Positions 1 through 7,521 of a stretch of DNA of 64,000 nt are shown here, one piece after another; position 1 is the first letter of the stretch; the number at the start of each line of letters is the position of its first letter. This DNA is from a virus (lineage: Duplodnaviria; Caudoviricetes). The position numbers were made by a program, and so were the translations under genes. The notes under the pieces were generated by a model. The model was not told the origin of the DNA. It saw only the letters and a list, made by a program, of their open reading frames with translations, and searched no databases. Location: positions 6,018 to 70,017 of IMG/VR virus record IMGVR_UViG_3300038393_000743; one strand, given 5' to 3'.

Positions 1-131
1 AGGGCCTCGGTGACCGACAGCAGTAACATCGGTGCACCACAGTGCGGGCATGGCCGAAACGACACTTCGGTCTTGGGCGCCCGCTCTATGGTGGCGGGCT
101 GTGAGGACATTTCTACGCTGGCACTAATCAT
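1..131 (-). CDS. Partial small CxxC (Zn-ribbon-like) protein, runs off window start
   Basis: Manual translation MISASVEMSSQPATIERAPKTEVSFRPCPHCGAPMLLLSVTEAL; GGAG upstream on the minus strand. Confidence 0.5.
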   Translation of the reverse strand, partial: MISASVEMSSQPATIERAPKTEVSFRPCPHCGAPMLLLSVTEA

Positions 132-281
132 TGTCCTGCTCCATTCTGGAAGGGGCCCACACCCCTGCAGGTAAACTTGCTACTTATTCCCGGTCCCCGT
201 CTACAGTAAATTGCGGGTTGACTTTGAAAAACGCAACTGCCGCTAGCGCTTTGAGCAACATAGGTTAACGGAGGTATTTCT

Positions 282-545
282 TCACTCCATGAAGAACGAC
301 TTGCACGGCCCGTCGCAGCGCATGTGCAGGTGGTTCTTGTGGCCGGCGAGGGTGCCGTAGAGGTATCCCTCGCACAGTTCGCACCGGGCCTTGGCGGTGG
401 TGAGGCCGCGCTTCAGCATCACCTTTTTCAGCTTCGTGGCCATGTCGAGCACCTTCGTGAAGTTCTCGAAGGTCTTGGCCACATCGCCTTTTGTCTTGCT
501 CTCGGCAAGCTCTCGCCGGGCCTTGTCGATGCCGCGCTCCGTCAT
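282..545 (-). CDS. Hypothetical protein with Cys/His cluster (putative Zn-binding)
   Basis: CELC...HLHMRCDGPC; 4-bp overlap with upstream gene. Confidence 0.75.
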   Translation of the reverse strand: MTERGIDKARRELAESKTKGDVAKTFENFTKVLDMATKLKKVMLKRGLTTAKARCELCEGYLYGTLAGHKNHLHMRCDGPCKSFFME

Positions 546-1009
546 CGCCGGAACTCATGCGCGCGGCGCGGTGGCCCGAAGTCGACCGGGATTGCGGTCC
601 CTGACGCGCCCTGAGAGGGCTCTGGAGCAGCTTTCTCCTCCGGGGCCTCATTGGCGGCGGCTTCCGGCCCGGCGCTCTGGGCGGGCTCCGTAGCCTCACT
701 TGCGGCCGGTTGCGGCTTGGTGGCCTCCAGGCCATCGTGGGCGGCCGCCTTCACCGCGCCGGCGATCGTGTCGTGGATGGCAAGCAGGCGCCCGAGCAGG
801 GTGGCCGCGGTGGCCTCCCATTTGCGCCGCTCGATCTCCGAGCCGTGCAGGCGCTCGCGCAGCATGCCGACCTCGGCCAGCAGGTTTGCGCTCTCGGTCC
901 TGGCTTCGCTGGCCTCGCGGCGCGCGGCCTCGCACTGCAGCTCCATCACGAGGTAATTGTCGAGGGCGCGCTGCAGTGGGTTGCGGTCGTCAGATTGCTG
1001 GATGCTCAT
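542..1009 (-). CDS. Hypothetical coiled-coil protein
   Basis: 155-aa ORF in operon order, GGAG RBS, Ala/Glu/Pro-rich tail. Confidence 0.75.
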   Translation of the reverse strand: MSIQQSDDRNPLQRALDNYLVMELQCEAARREASEARTESANLLAEVGMLRERLHGSEIERRKWEATAATLLGRLLAIHDTIAGAVKAAAHDGLEATKPQPAASEATEPAQSAGPEAAANEAPEEKAAPEPSQGASGTAIPVDFGPPRRAHEFRR

Positions 1010-1313
1010 GGTTCTCTCCTGGTGGGTGGGTTAATCTCCGGCGCGCCAAGTAACGTTCGTGGCGGGCCAGCTGCACGTCGGGCCGGAGGTGGTACCGGAC
1101 CGTGTTCTCGTTGCGATGAAGCGTCTTTGCGATCGTGGTCGACCCGATGCCCTTCGAGTAGGCCAACTGAATAAACTCTTTCCGCGCCGCGACGATGTGG
1201 GGAAACCGCTCCTCCCCCTTCAGGGTCTTGGTGCTCATCATGTATTTGCGCGCCACCCACTCCAGTAATTGCCGGGCGTGGTTGGCGCGCCTGCGCCTTA
1301 CAGACTTCCGCAT
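990..1313 (-). CDS. DnaA C-terminal-like HTH DNA-binding protein
   Basis: HIVAARKEFIQLAYSKGIGSTTIAKTLHRNENTVRYHL resembles the DnaA domain IV HTH found in phage stand-alone genes. Confidence 0.65.
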   Translation of the reverse strand: MRKSVRRRRANHARQLLEWVARKYMMSTKTLKGEERFPHIVAARKEFIQLAYSKGIGSTTIAKTLHRNENTVRYHLRPDVQLARHERYLARRRLTHPPGENHEHPAI

Positions 1314-1322
1314 GGCCCCCGG

Positions 1323-2039
1323 TTATTCCTCGATGCCGCCGGTGCTGGTGCCGAGGAAGTCGGGGATGTCCTGGTCGGCGTCCGGAAGTAGCGACGGCTG
1401 CTTCGGCGCCCGCTTGGCCGCCGGCTTCTTCGCCCCCTTCTCGTACGGATCCTTGAACGCCGGCATCTCGCCACGATCGCGCAGGTGCCGCAGGATCTGC
1501 AGCGCGCGCTCGGCGCCGCCGATGCCGGTGTGGGCGCCCTTCTCCTCCAGGTCGATGCCGAAGAACGCGCAGGCCTCCTCCAGCCGCGGCGCCTTCTTCT
1601 TGCCGTCGGCGGTGCGGGCGTCGACGATCTGCCGCGAGCCCTGCATGGTGCAGATGTAGCGGGTCTGCATGAAGCGGTCGGGGAAGCCTGCAATTCGCAT
1701 CTCCGCGCGCATCATCTTGAGGTCATGCAGCACGTTGTGGCCGACCACGATGCGGCGGTTGTCGATTGCGTCGCCATAGATTCGCAGCGCGACCTTAACG
1801 TCGATGCCCTCGTCCATCAGCCGCTCGTGGGTCAGGCCGTTGACCTGGGCGGCCTCGGAGTTGTTGTCGAACACCCAGCCGTTCGGCTTGATCAGGAAGC
1901 TGTGACGCTCGGTCTCATTGAGGTTCTCGTCGACCAGGATCATGCCGATCGATGCTAGGCGTGGTTGACCCGGCGCGTCGGCCGGCTTCGTATAGTCAAA
2001 AAGCCCGCTCGATTCTGTATCCTCAGCAATGTAATTCAC
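1323..2039 (-). CDS. DEDDh (DnaQ/Pol III epsilon-like) 3'-5' exonuclease family protein
   Basis: ExoI DTESSG, ExoII GHNVLHD, ExoIII AHTGIGG; GTG start at 2039 after GAGGAG. Confidence 0.85.
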   Translation of the reverse strand: MNYIAEDTESSGLFDYTKPADAPGQPRLASIGMILVDENLNETERHSFLIKPNGWVFDNNSEAAQVNGLTHERLMDEGIDVKVALRIYGDAIDNRRIVVGHNVLHDLKMMRAEMRIAGFPDRFMQTRYICTMQGSRQIVDARTADGKKKAPRLEEACAFFGIDLEEKGAHTGIGGAERALQILRHLRDRGEMPAFKDPYEKGAKKPAAKRAPKQPSLLPDADQDIPDFLGTSTGGIEE

Positions 2040-2404
2040 GATTGCGTTCTCCTCTCGTGGCGGCGCAGCGCATGGGTGACAGCCCATCCGGTGAGACCAA
2101 AGACCTTGCCGGTCGCCTTTTGCGATCCGGTCGTGGCGTAATGTGCCGCAATCTCGGCGTCTCTCTTTGGGTTCACCCTCGGGTGAACGCGCTCGCCGCT
2201 CTTGATGGCCGCATTGAAAGCGGCAAGGTTTTGCGGGTTTAGGTTCGGCGTTCGATCCCCCACGGCGTATTCGAGCATGATAATCTGGGAGAGACGATCT
2301 TTTTCCGCCTGCGTGAACGGGATACCCTTACGAAACTGATTGCCGCGAAGCCCGGCGCTAATCCGAGACCTCTGTTCAGCGGTCATCTTCGACCCCTTGA
2401 TCAT
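2036..2404 (-). CDS. NUMOD3-like plus HTH DNA-binding protein with no recognisable nuclease domain
   Basis: KMTAEQRSRISAGLRGN resembles NUMOD3; C-terminal HTH-like segment; less biased codon usage than neighbours. Confidence 0.5.
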   Translation of the reverse strand: MIKGSKMTAEQRSRISAGLRGNQFRKGIPFTQAEKDRLSQIIMLEYAVGDRTPNLNPQNLAAFNAAIKSGERVHPRVNPKRDAEIAAHYATTGSQKATGKVFGLTGWAVTHALRRHERRTQS

Positions 2405-2577
2405 TTGCTGTCTCTCGCTGGACCCGGTTTCTGACGCTTGAACAGTACGCGCACGCGACCGAGCCCGATGTCGCGGAAATGGAAGGCCTCCCAGCCCTGC
2501 TCGCCGAAGGCGTTGAGCTTTTCGAGGATCTTATCATCGGCCTCGAATAGGAATTGACGATATTCCCAGCGGATCAC
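2401..2577 (-). CDS. DUF4177-like small protein (58 aa, not in ORF track)
   Basis: Manual translation MIRWEYRQFLFEADDKILEKLNAFGEQGWEAFHFRDIGLGRVRVLFKRQKPGPARDSK; WEY...LN..G..GWE...FKR pattern; 4-bp overlaps both sides. Confidence 0.75.
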   Translation of the reverse strand: MIRWEYRQFLFEADDKILEKLNAFGEQGWEAFHFRDIGLGRVRVLFKRQKPGPARDSK

Positions 2578-3089
2578 GATTGCGCCCCCGCCTTCTCCAG
2601 CCGCGACTTCTTCACCCGGATCAGCTCGGCGATGGTGTCGAGCACGACGTCCTTCGACTGCTGGAATTCCTGCTTGTTCATCGCCTTCAGCGATTGCGAT
2701 TTGGCGACATAGCGCTTCACCACGTTATCGCGCACTACGATGATCACACCCTCGGTGTAGCCCATGAAGGCGGCGATGGCGCGGGCCTGCTCGGGGCTGT
2801 CGCACACCACCGAGGCCTCGGTGCAATAGCCGTTCTTGATCAGAGCCCACTTCCGCAGCGCATCGGGATTCGGGAAGCGGTTGTCGGCCTCTGGCAGATT
2901 GTTCCAGGCCTCCTGGATGCAGGCGAAATAGTGGGCGTGGCTGGCCATCGAGCGCTGTTCGTGGCGCTCGAAGGTGACGACCTCGCCCTCGCCAAATTCT
3001 TGATCGCAGAATATCGCGGTGCGGCCCTGCGGCACGAACACGCCGTCGCGCCAGACCATACTGAAGAGGCGGGGAGGTTGCCGGGTCAT
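2574..3089 (-). CDS. Conserved phage protein (NinB/DUF1367-like)
   Basis: RSMASHAHYFA...LRKWALIKNGY...KSQSLKAMNKQEF pattern, next to recombination genes. Confidence 0.55.
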   Translation of the reverse strand: MTRQPPRLFSMVWRDGVFVPQGRTAIFCDQEFGEGEVVTFERHEQRSMASHAHYFACIQEAWNNLPEADNRFPNPDALRKWALIKNGYCTEASVVCDSPEQARAIAAFMGYTEGVIIVVRDNVVKRYVAKSQSLKAMNKQEFQQSKDVVLDTIAELIRVKKSRLEKAGAQS

Positions 3090-3691
3090 GACATTGCCCT
3101 GATGCGTTTCACCATGTCGTCCAGTTCGCGGTTAAACCAGTGCACCGCGACCTCGATGTCGTTGATGTAGCCTTGATCGCGCTGCAGCCGGAACACCGCC
3201 AACGGCAGCTTCGGTGAGGAGCCGATCACGAGGTCAGTCCACTTGCGCTCGGCCACCCACAATTCGCCCTGGCATTGCGGCAGGTGCTTCTTCGGCACGC
3301 AGCCGTCCATCAGGATCTCGACCATGACGTGCGGCGCCGCCGACTTGATCTGCACCATGCCGTCGCTGCCGATCAGGCCGTCCGGCGAGCAGCCCTTCTT
3401 GCCGTTCTTGATGAAGCCGCACGGGGTGACGTCGACGTCGTGCTCGAAGGCGTAGCGCGCCAGGATCTCGGGCTCCTGCTCGCGACCACGATCCATGTCG
3501 TCGTTGGTGTAGCTCTCCATCGGGATGTCGGTCAGGATCTCGCCGGCGAGCTTGCGCATGTAGGAGGCGCGCCCCTTGCGGGTGTCGTTCTGCACCATGA
3601 TGGCGCCAAACATCGAGGCGGTCGGGATCCCCATCCGGACCCGGAACCACTCCTCGCTGCGCTGGGGGACGTCGAAGATCTCAATCGGCAT
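3086..3691 (-). CDS. YqaJ / lambda-exonuclease family recombination nuclease
   Basis: QRSEEWFRVRMGIPTAS, GREQEP, GCSPDGLIG, QIKS, QCQGELWV motifs. Confidence 0.93.
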   Translation of the reverse strand: MPIEIFDVPQRSEEWFRVRMGIPTASMFGAIMVQNDTRKGRASYMRKLAGEILTDIPMESYTNDDMDRGREQEPEILARYAFEHDVDVTPCGFIKNGKKGCSPDGLIGSDGMVQIKSAAPHVMVEILMDGCVPKKHLPQCQGELWVAERKWTDLVIGSSPKLPLAVFRLQRDQGYINDIEVAVHWFNRELDDMVKRIRAMS

Positions 3692-4602
3692 TACCTATCT
3701 CCAGGAAAGTCCGACTGCTGCGACTTCTTCTGCTTCAGCTTGCGCTGCAGCTGCTGCTTGGCCTCGGCAAACCGGCTCTGCGGGATCTCGGCCAGAGCCT
3801 CCACGCCCATGACGGCGCAAAATTTGGCTTTGTCAGCGCCGGCGTCATCGGCGAGCTTGATCAGCTCCTTCAGCTGGGCCTCGCTGATCGGGCCATCCTT
3901 CGGGAAGCCGTCGTTGTCGACATCCTCCTTTGCCTCGGTGACGATGTTGAGCAGTGCGATCATGTTGTAGCGCATGCCGTATTGCTGGCTGCTTCCCCAG
4001 CCTTGCTGGTTGTTCTTGCCGCCGGTGGCGTCGGCCGTGACGCGGAAGTGGGTCTTACGCGTGGCGCCGGCGACGTGGGCGAGCGTAGACACCACGATCA
4101 TGGCGCCGCTCGGATCCGGCTCCATCGAGCTGGAGAAGGTAAAGCCGTGCTTCTTCAGCAGTGGGCCGACCACCCGGTTGAGGTTCGGGTAGGTGGCATA
4201 CTTGGTCTGTAGCGCCTTGCGGCCGCTCCTAGTGGTGCCGCTGGTGCCCTCGGCGCTGTGGTCGATCTTGCCGTCGCGATCGATGATCGGCAGCTCGGCC
4301 TGCAGTGCGTTAAAGGCGGACGTGAAGGCCTTTTCGGCGTCGCGGTTCTCGATGCGCTCCTGCATGTCGAGTAGGGCCTGCATCTTGGTGACGTCGCAGC
4401 GCGGATCCATCACGGCCTGGGAGATCACGGCGAGCATGCTGGTCGGCGCGGGCGGCGGCGCAGGCTGATGCACCGCTACCTGCTTGCCGGGCTCTTTCGC
4501 TTTGGAAACGGCCTTTTTGGCCACGGCTTTGCCCTTTGCGGGATTTTTGCCTTTGGCTTTTTGCGGGGCTGCTCCAGCCGCCTGAACTTGGTCTTGAGCC
4601 AT
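3691..4602 (-). CDS. erf: ERF family ssDNA-annealing protein
   Basis: KYATYPNLNRVVGPLLKKHGF and GSSQQYGMRYNMIALLNI ERF motifs; adjacent to YqaJ; start uncertain. Confidence 0.9.
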   Translation of the reverse strand: MAQDQVQAAGAAPQKAKGKNPAKGKAVAKKAVSKAKEPGKQVAVHQPAPPPAPTSMLAVISQAVMDPRCDVTKMQALLDMQERIENRDAEKAFTSAFNALQAELPIIDRDGKIDHSAEGTSGTTRSGRKALQTKYATYPNLNRVVGPLLKKHGFTFSSSMEPDPSGAMIVVSTLAHVAGATRKTHFRVTADATGGKNNQQGWGSSQQYGMRYNMIALLNIVTEAKEDVDNDGFPKDGPISEAQLKELIKLADDAGADKAKFCAVMGVEALAEIPQSRFAEAKQQLQRKLKQKKSQQSDFPGDR

Positions 4603-4988
4603 ATGTCGGATCCCTTCGTGGTGATGGTCTTGGCCGCTCCTGGCTTACGGCCGGTGGTCTTCTGGCCGTGGTCGCCAAGCGGTCGATAAATGAGATGCTC
4701 GGGGTCGTTGGCGTTGGGGGTAAACCATGCCGCCTCGGGCTTGCGCCGGTCAACCTTGTATTGACGCAAGATCAGGGCGGGGTCGTGGTCGAGTTCAAGA
4801 ACATCGCCGAGCGCCTCGGACAGGGCCTCGATGTAAACGGCGAGCCGGTCACCGAGCCTCATGCCGTCGGTGCGATTGAGCGCCCACCAGATCGGTGAGC
4901 GCTGGTCGCCGTTGAACATACCGCGCAGCTGCCGCTCCGCGACCTGGACGCGCACCGAGAGCGGGATGTAGGGGCGCGGGCGTCTCAT
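4476..4988 (-). CDS. HNH-like nuclease-fold protein
   Basis: ELDHDPAL...ANDPEHL...DHGQKT pattern with basic KIPQR..PFPKR tail. Confidence 0.6.
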   Translation of the reverse strand: MRRPRPYIPLSVRVQVAERQLRGMFNGDQRSPIWWALNRTDGMRLGDRLAVYIEALSEALGDVLELDHDPALILRQYKVDRRKPEAAWFTPNANDPEHLIYRPLGDHGQKTTGRKPGAAKTITTKGSDIWLKTKFRRLEQPRKKPKAKIPQRAKPWPKRPFPKRKSPASR

Positions 4989-5176
4989 GGTATCGGAACC
5001 CCAATGGCGACGGCCTTGTCGCGCAGTTTTTCAGCCTCTCTGCGCAGGGCGAGGCTGCCCTCCAGCGAGATACCGCTCTCGTTCGAAAGACTGTCGAGAG
5101 ATCGGGCCAGAGCCATCAAGCGCAAAACCTCGTCCGCGGCCTTCTTGCTCCCGACCCTGATCTTGGATGGTCTCAC
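4985..5176 (-). CDS. Hypothetical protein
   Basis: GTG start, GTGA overlap with upstream gene; MRPSKIRVGSKKAADEVLRLMAL. Confidence 0.6.
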   Translation of the reverse strand: MRPSKIRVGSKKAADEVLRLMALARSLDSLSNESGISLEGSLALRREAEKLRDKAVAIGVPIP

Positions 5177-5349
5177 TTCTTCACCTTTCTCGATTTCCCG
5201 GTCTTCTTCGCCGCCTTCGCGACGCGCTCCTTCAGCCCGTCCAGCTTCTCGGCCTTGGACTGCTCGCGCATCTTGCGCTGGTTCTCCTCGAAGCGGGCCT
5301 CGCGCTGTTCGCGCAGTGCTCGCTCGCGCGGGCCGATTTCCTTGCTCAC
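5173..5349 (-). CDS. Hypothetical basic coiled-coil protein (58 aa, not in ORF track)
   Basis: Manual translation MSKEIGPRERALREQREARFEENQRKMREQSKAEKLDGLKERVAKAAKKTGKSRKVKK; overlaps both neighbours by 4 bp. Confidence 0.7.
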   Translation of the reverse strand: MSKEIGPRERALREQREARFEENQRKMREQSKAEKLDGLKERVAKAAKKTGKSRKVKK

Positions 5350-5600
5350 GGCTTGATCTCCAGGATGTCCAGCATGTGCCGCACGATCCGGTCGTACTGG
5401 CCGGCGCGGTTGCTGAAGAGTTTCGGGCCGTCGCGGCCGGCCTCATTGTCCTTGGCGATCATGCGATCGGCGGCCTGCGCGCGGTGCGCCGAGTCGCTGC
5501 CGCCGTCGTCCTCGGCCAGCAGACCCCGGTACAGCCGCTCCGAGAAGGAGCGGATGTGTTCCGGGCTGTGGGTGGGTGGCTTTTCCTTCGGTGCCTTCAT
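5346..5600 (-). CDS. Hypothetical protein
   Basis: MKAPKEKPPTHSPEH...; operon overlap pattern. Confidence 0.65.
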   Translation of the reverse strand: MKAPKEKPPTHSPEHIRSFSERLYRGLLAEDDGGSDSAHRAQAADRMIAKDNEAGRDGPKLFSNRAGQYDRIVRHMLDILEIKP

Positions 5601-5779
5601 GACGCTATCCTTGCCGCAAGAAGAAGGCACAACCCGCCCGCGCCCAGTCCGAGAATGAACTGCGCGCAAAGTTGCGCGTCAGTCTCTCCCGGCTTCCGGT
5701 TGAACGGGGCAATGACCCCGCTGGTCGCGAGAGCCGCGCCGAGAAGCCAGAAAGGAATCGAAGCTACGGTCCACATCAT
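5597..5779 (-). CDS. Small membrane protein (two hydrophobic segments)
   Basis: MMWTVASIPFWLLGAALATSGVIAPF...FILGLGAGGLCLLLAARIAS. Confidence 0.65.
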   Translation of the reverse strand: MMWTVASIPFWLLGAALATSGVIAPFNRKPGETDAQLCAQFILGLGAGGLCLLLAARIAS

Positions 5780-6684
5780 CGCGTCACGCCCGCATTGCGG
5801 AAGCCGATCTCGGCGCCGGACATCTTCTCGCGGTGGCCGGTGGTCTTGGCCCACTGGCGCAGCGCCTTCTCGATCTCGGCGTCGGTGAAGAACGGCAGCA
5901 GCTTGGACATGTCCAGCTGATACCGGTCGGTGACCAGTGCGTAGGGCTCCTGCTTCATCGTCAGGGTAACGCCGGCGCCGGATTCGTCGCTGCCGCGCAA
6001 GCGCGCCATGTCGGCCGGCTTGGCGAGGGTGGAGATGCGGGCGTCCTCGGCCTTCTCCAGCGCCTGCTCGGCCTCGGTCTTGGCGATGGAGGCCGCCTCT
6101 TCGAGCCTAGCAGCCTCCGCAGCGTGCTTGGCGCGGTTCTCCTCCTTCCGGGCCCGCTCGGCCGCGGCGGCCTTCTCCGCGGCTTCCCTGGCGATCCTGG
6201 CGGCCTCCTCGGCGGCCTTGCGGGCTTCCTCGCGCGCGGCACGCTCCTCGGCCTCGCGGCGGGCGCGCTCCTCGGCGAGGCGGCGCTCCTGGAAGTCGTT
6301 GATGCGGGCCTGCAGGATGTCGATTGCGCCGGCCGCGGACTTGCGGTCGGTTTTGATCCGGCGGCCGATCTTGTCGCGCATGCTGTTGAAGAAGCTGTCG
6401 ACGGCATTGCCGCCGCGCAGGTAGGGCTCCTTCTCCAGGGTTCGGACGCTCTCGGCGCGGCCGTCGAGGTCGCGCAAGCGCTTGATCAGCGCGCCCAGCA
6501 TCAGCGCGTCAGCCTCGGAGGTGACCTCCTTCGGCATCTCACGGGCCTCGCCGAGCAGCTCGTTGAGGGTGTTGGTCAGGCCGACATATTCGTCGGCGAG
6601 ACGCTCGGTGACCTGCTTGGCGTAGTCCGGCGCCTCGTTGGAGCCGGGGACGACGCGGGTATTGAGCGGTTCGGTGATGGGCAT
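5776..6684 (-). CDS. Long coiled-coil phage protein of the recombination module
   Basis: 302 aa with A/E/R/K-rich heptads and strong GC3 bias. Confidence 0.8.
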   Translation of the reverse strand: MPITEPLNTRVVPGSNEAPDYAKQVTERLADEYVGLTNTLNELLGEAREMPKEVTSEADALMLGALIKRLRDLDGRAESVRTLEKEPYLRGGNAVDSFFNSMRDKIGRRIKTDRKSAAGAIDILQARINDFQERRLAEERARREAEERAAREEARKAAEEAARIAREAAEKAAAAERARKEENRAKHAAEAARLEEAASIAKTEAEQALEKAEDARISTLAKPADMARLRGSDESGAGVTLTMKQEPYALVTDRYQLDMSKLLPFFTDAEIEKALRQWAKTTGHREKMSGAEIGFRNAGVTR

Positions 6685-6685
6685 G

Positions 6686-6820
6686 TCAGTTCTCCAGCCG
6701 ACGCAATTCGGCTTCCAGGGTGGCGTAGTCTTCGTATTGGGCGTTCGCCCATCCGTTGCGGGATAGGTCGCTGAGGATTCGGATGATTTCCATCCGACGG
6801 CGGCGCTGTTTCGCGGTCAT
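6686..6820 (-). CDS. Hypothetical protein (44 aa)
   Basis: MTAKQRRRRMEIIRILSDLSRNGW...; 4-bp overlap. Confidence 0.55.
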   Translation of the reverse strand: MTAKQRRRRMEIIRILSDLSRNGWANAQYEDYATLEAELRRLEN

Positions 6821-6927
6821 GACGTGAGGATCCAGCAGGCGGCGATGGAGGCGAGGCAGACGACGCCGCAAACCACGTCAAGCGCGGTGAGGTCGGCGTC
6901 GTGGAGAAGGGTGCGGAAGCGGTTCAT
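6817..6927 (-). CDS. Small membrane peptide (36 aa)
   Basis: MNRFRTLLHDADLTALDVVCGVVCLASIAACWILTS. Confidence 0.55.
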   Translation of the reverse strand: MNRFRTLLHDADLTALDVVCGVVCLASIAACWILTS

Positions 6928-6928
6928 G

Positions 6929-7123
6929 TCAGGCGCGAAGGTACGAGGTATTGAAAGGGAGGGCGTGGCGCGCGGCGCGGATCGCGTCCGTCGCTTGCGC
7001 GATATTGGCGCCGTATGCCGCGTGCAGCGCATCCGCTATCGCGCCGCGGCTGGAAAAGCCGATCTGGATCATGTTCGTTGCCGCCTCAATCATAGCGCGG
7101 GTGGCAACATCGAGATGGGTCAT
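6929..7123 (-). CDS. Hypothetical protein, first gene of the leftward operon
   Basis: AAGGAG RBS then MTHLDVATRAMIEAA...; directly downstream of promoter cassette A. Confidence 0.75.
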   Translation of the reverse strand: MTHLDVATRAMIEAATNMIQIGFSSRGAIADALHAAYGANIAQATDAIRAARHALPFNTSYLRA

Positions 7124-7135
7124 GTGATGCTCCTT

Positions 7136-7204
7136 GAGCCCCGATGGCTCGGTCAACGACGTGCTTATCTCACGACTCTTGCGCCGGGTCAACATCTCGT
7201 TTAT
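7136..7204 (-). promoter_or_regulatory. Promoter cassette A (leftward): operator + TTGACC-N17-GATAAG + GAGCC-N5-GGCTC
   Basis: Minus-strand ATAAAC-GAGAT-GTTGAC (7204-7188), -35 at 7192-7187, -10 at 7169-7164, inverted repeat at 7136-7150; same architecture as cassettes B-E. Confidence 0.8.
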
Positions 7205-7207
7205 GGT
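7179..7207 (+). promoter_or_regulatory. Rightward sigma70-like promoter for the HTH gene (probably leaderless transcript)
   Basis: TTGCGC (7179-7184)-N17-TATGGT (7202-7207), ATG 8 nt downstream, no SD; operator lies in the spacer. Confidence 0.65.
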
Positions 7208-7215
7208 CGCGCACC

Positions 7216-7416
7216 ATGAGCAAGCGACCGAAAACCGACGAAGAGGGCCTCGCCCTCGTCCTGTCCAAGACCACCAAGGCGGAAATCGCCCGGCATCTTG
7301 GCATCAAAAAGCAGAACCTGACGCGCTGGAAAAAGGTGCCGCCGCATTATGTGGCGCAGCTGTCCGAGCTGACCGGCTTGCCGCGCGAGTATATCCTGCC
7401 TAGCGTGTTTGCGTAA
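7216..7416 (+). CDS. Cro/YdaS-like HTH transcriptional regulator (66 aa)
   Basis: KAEIARHLGIKKQNLTRWKKVPPHYVAQLSELTGLPREYILPSVF; position at the divergent switch. Confidence 0.85.
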   Translation: MSKRPKTDEEGLALVLSKTTKAEIARHLGIKKQNLTRWKKVPPHYVAQLSELTGLPREYILPSVFA

Positions 7417-7452
7417 TCGGCCACCCGGTGCCCCAGCGGGGTGGTCTATGTG

Positions 7453-7491
7453 TGCCCGGCGGGGTTGGTGATGCGTCCCGCCGGGCATTTT
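7453..7491 (+). terminator. Intrinsic terminator / attenuator hairpin
   Basis: TGCCCGGCGGG/CCCGCCGGGCA 11-bp stem followed by TTTT; loop contains GTTGGTGATGC. Confidence 0.65.
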
Positions 7492-7521
7492 CCTGCCTTC
7501 AACCCTGAACCGGAGCGCCAG

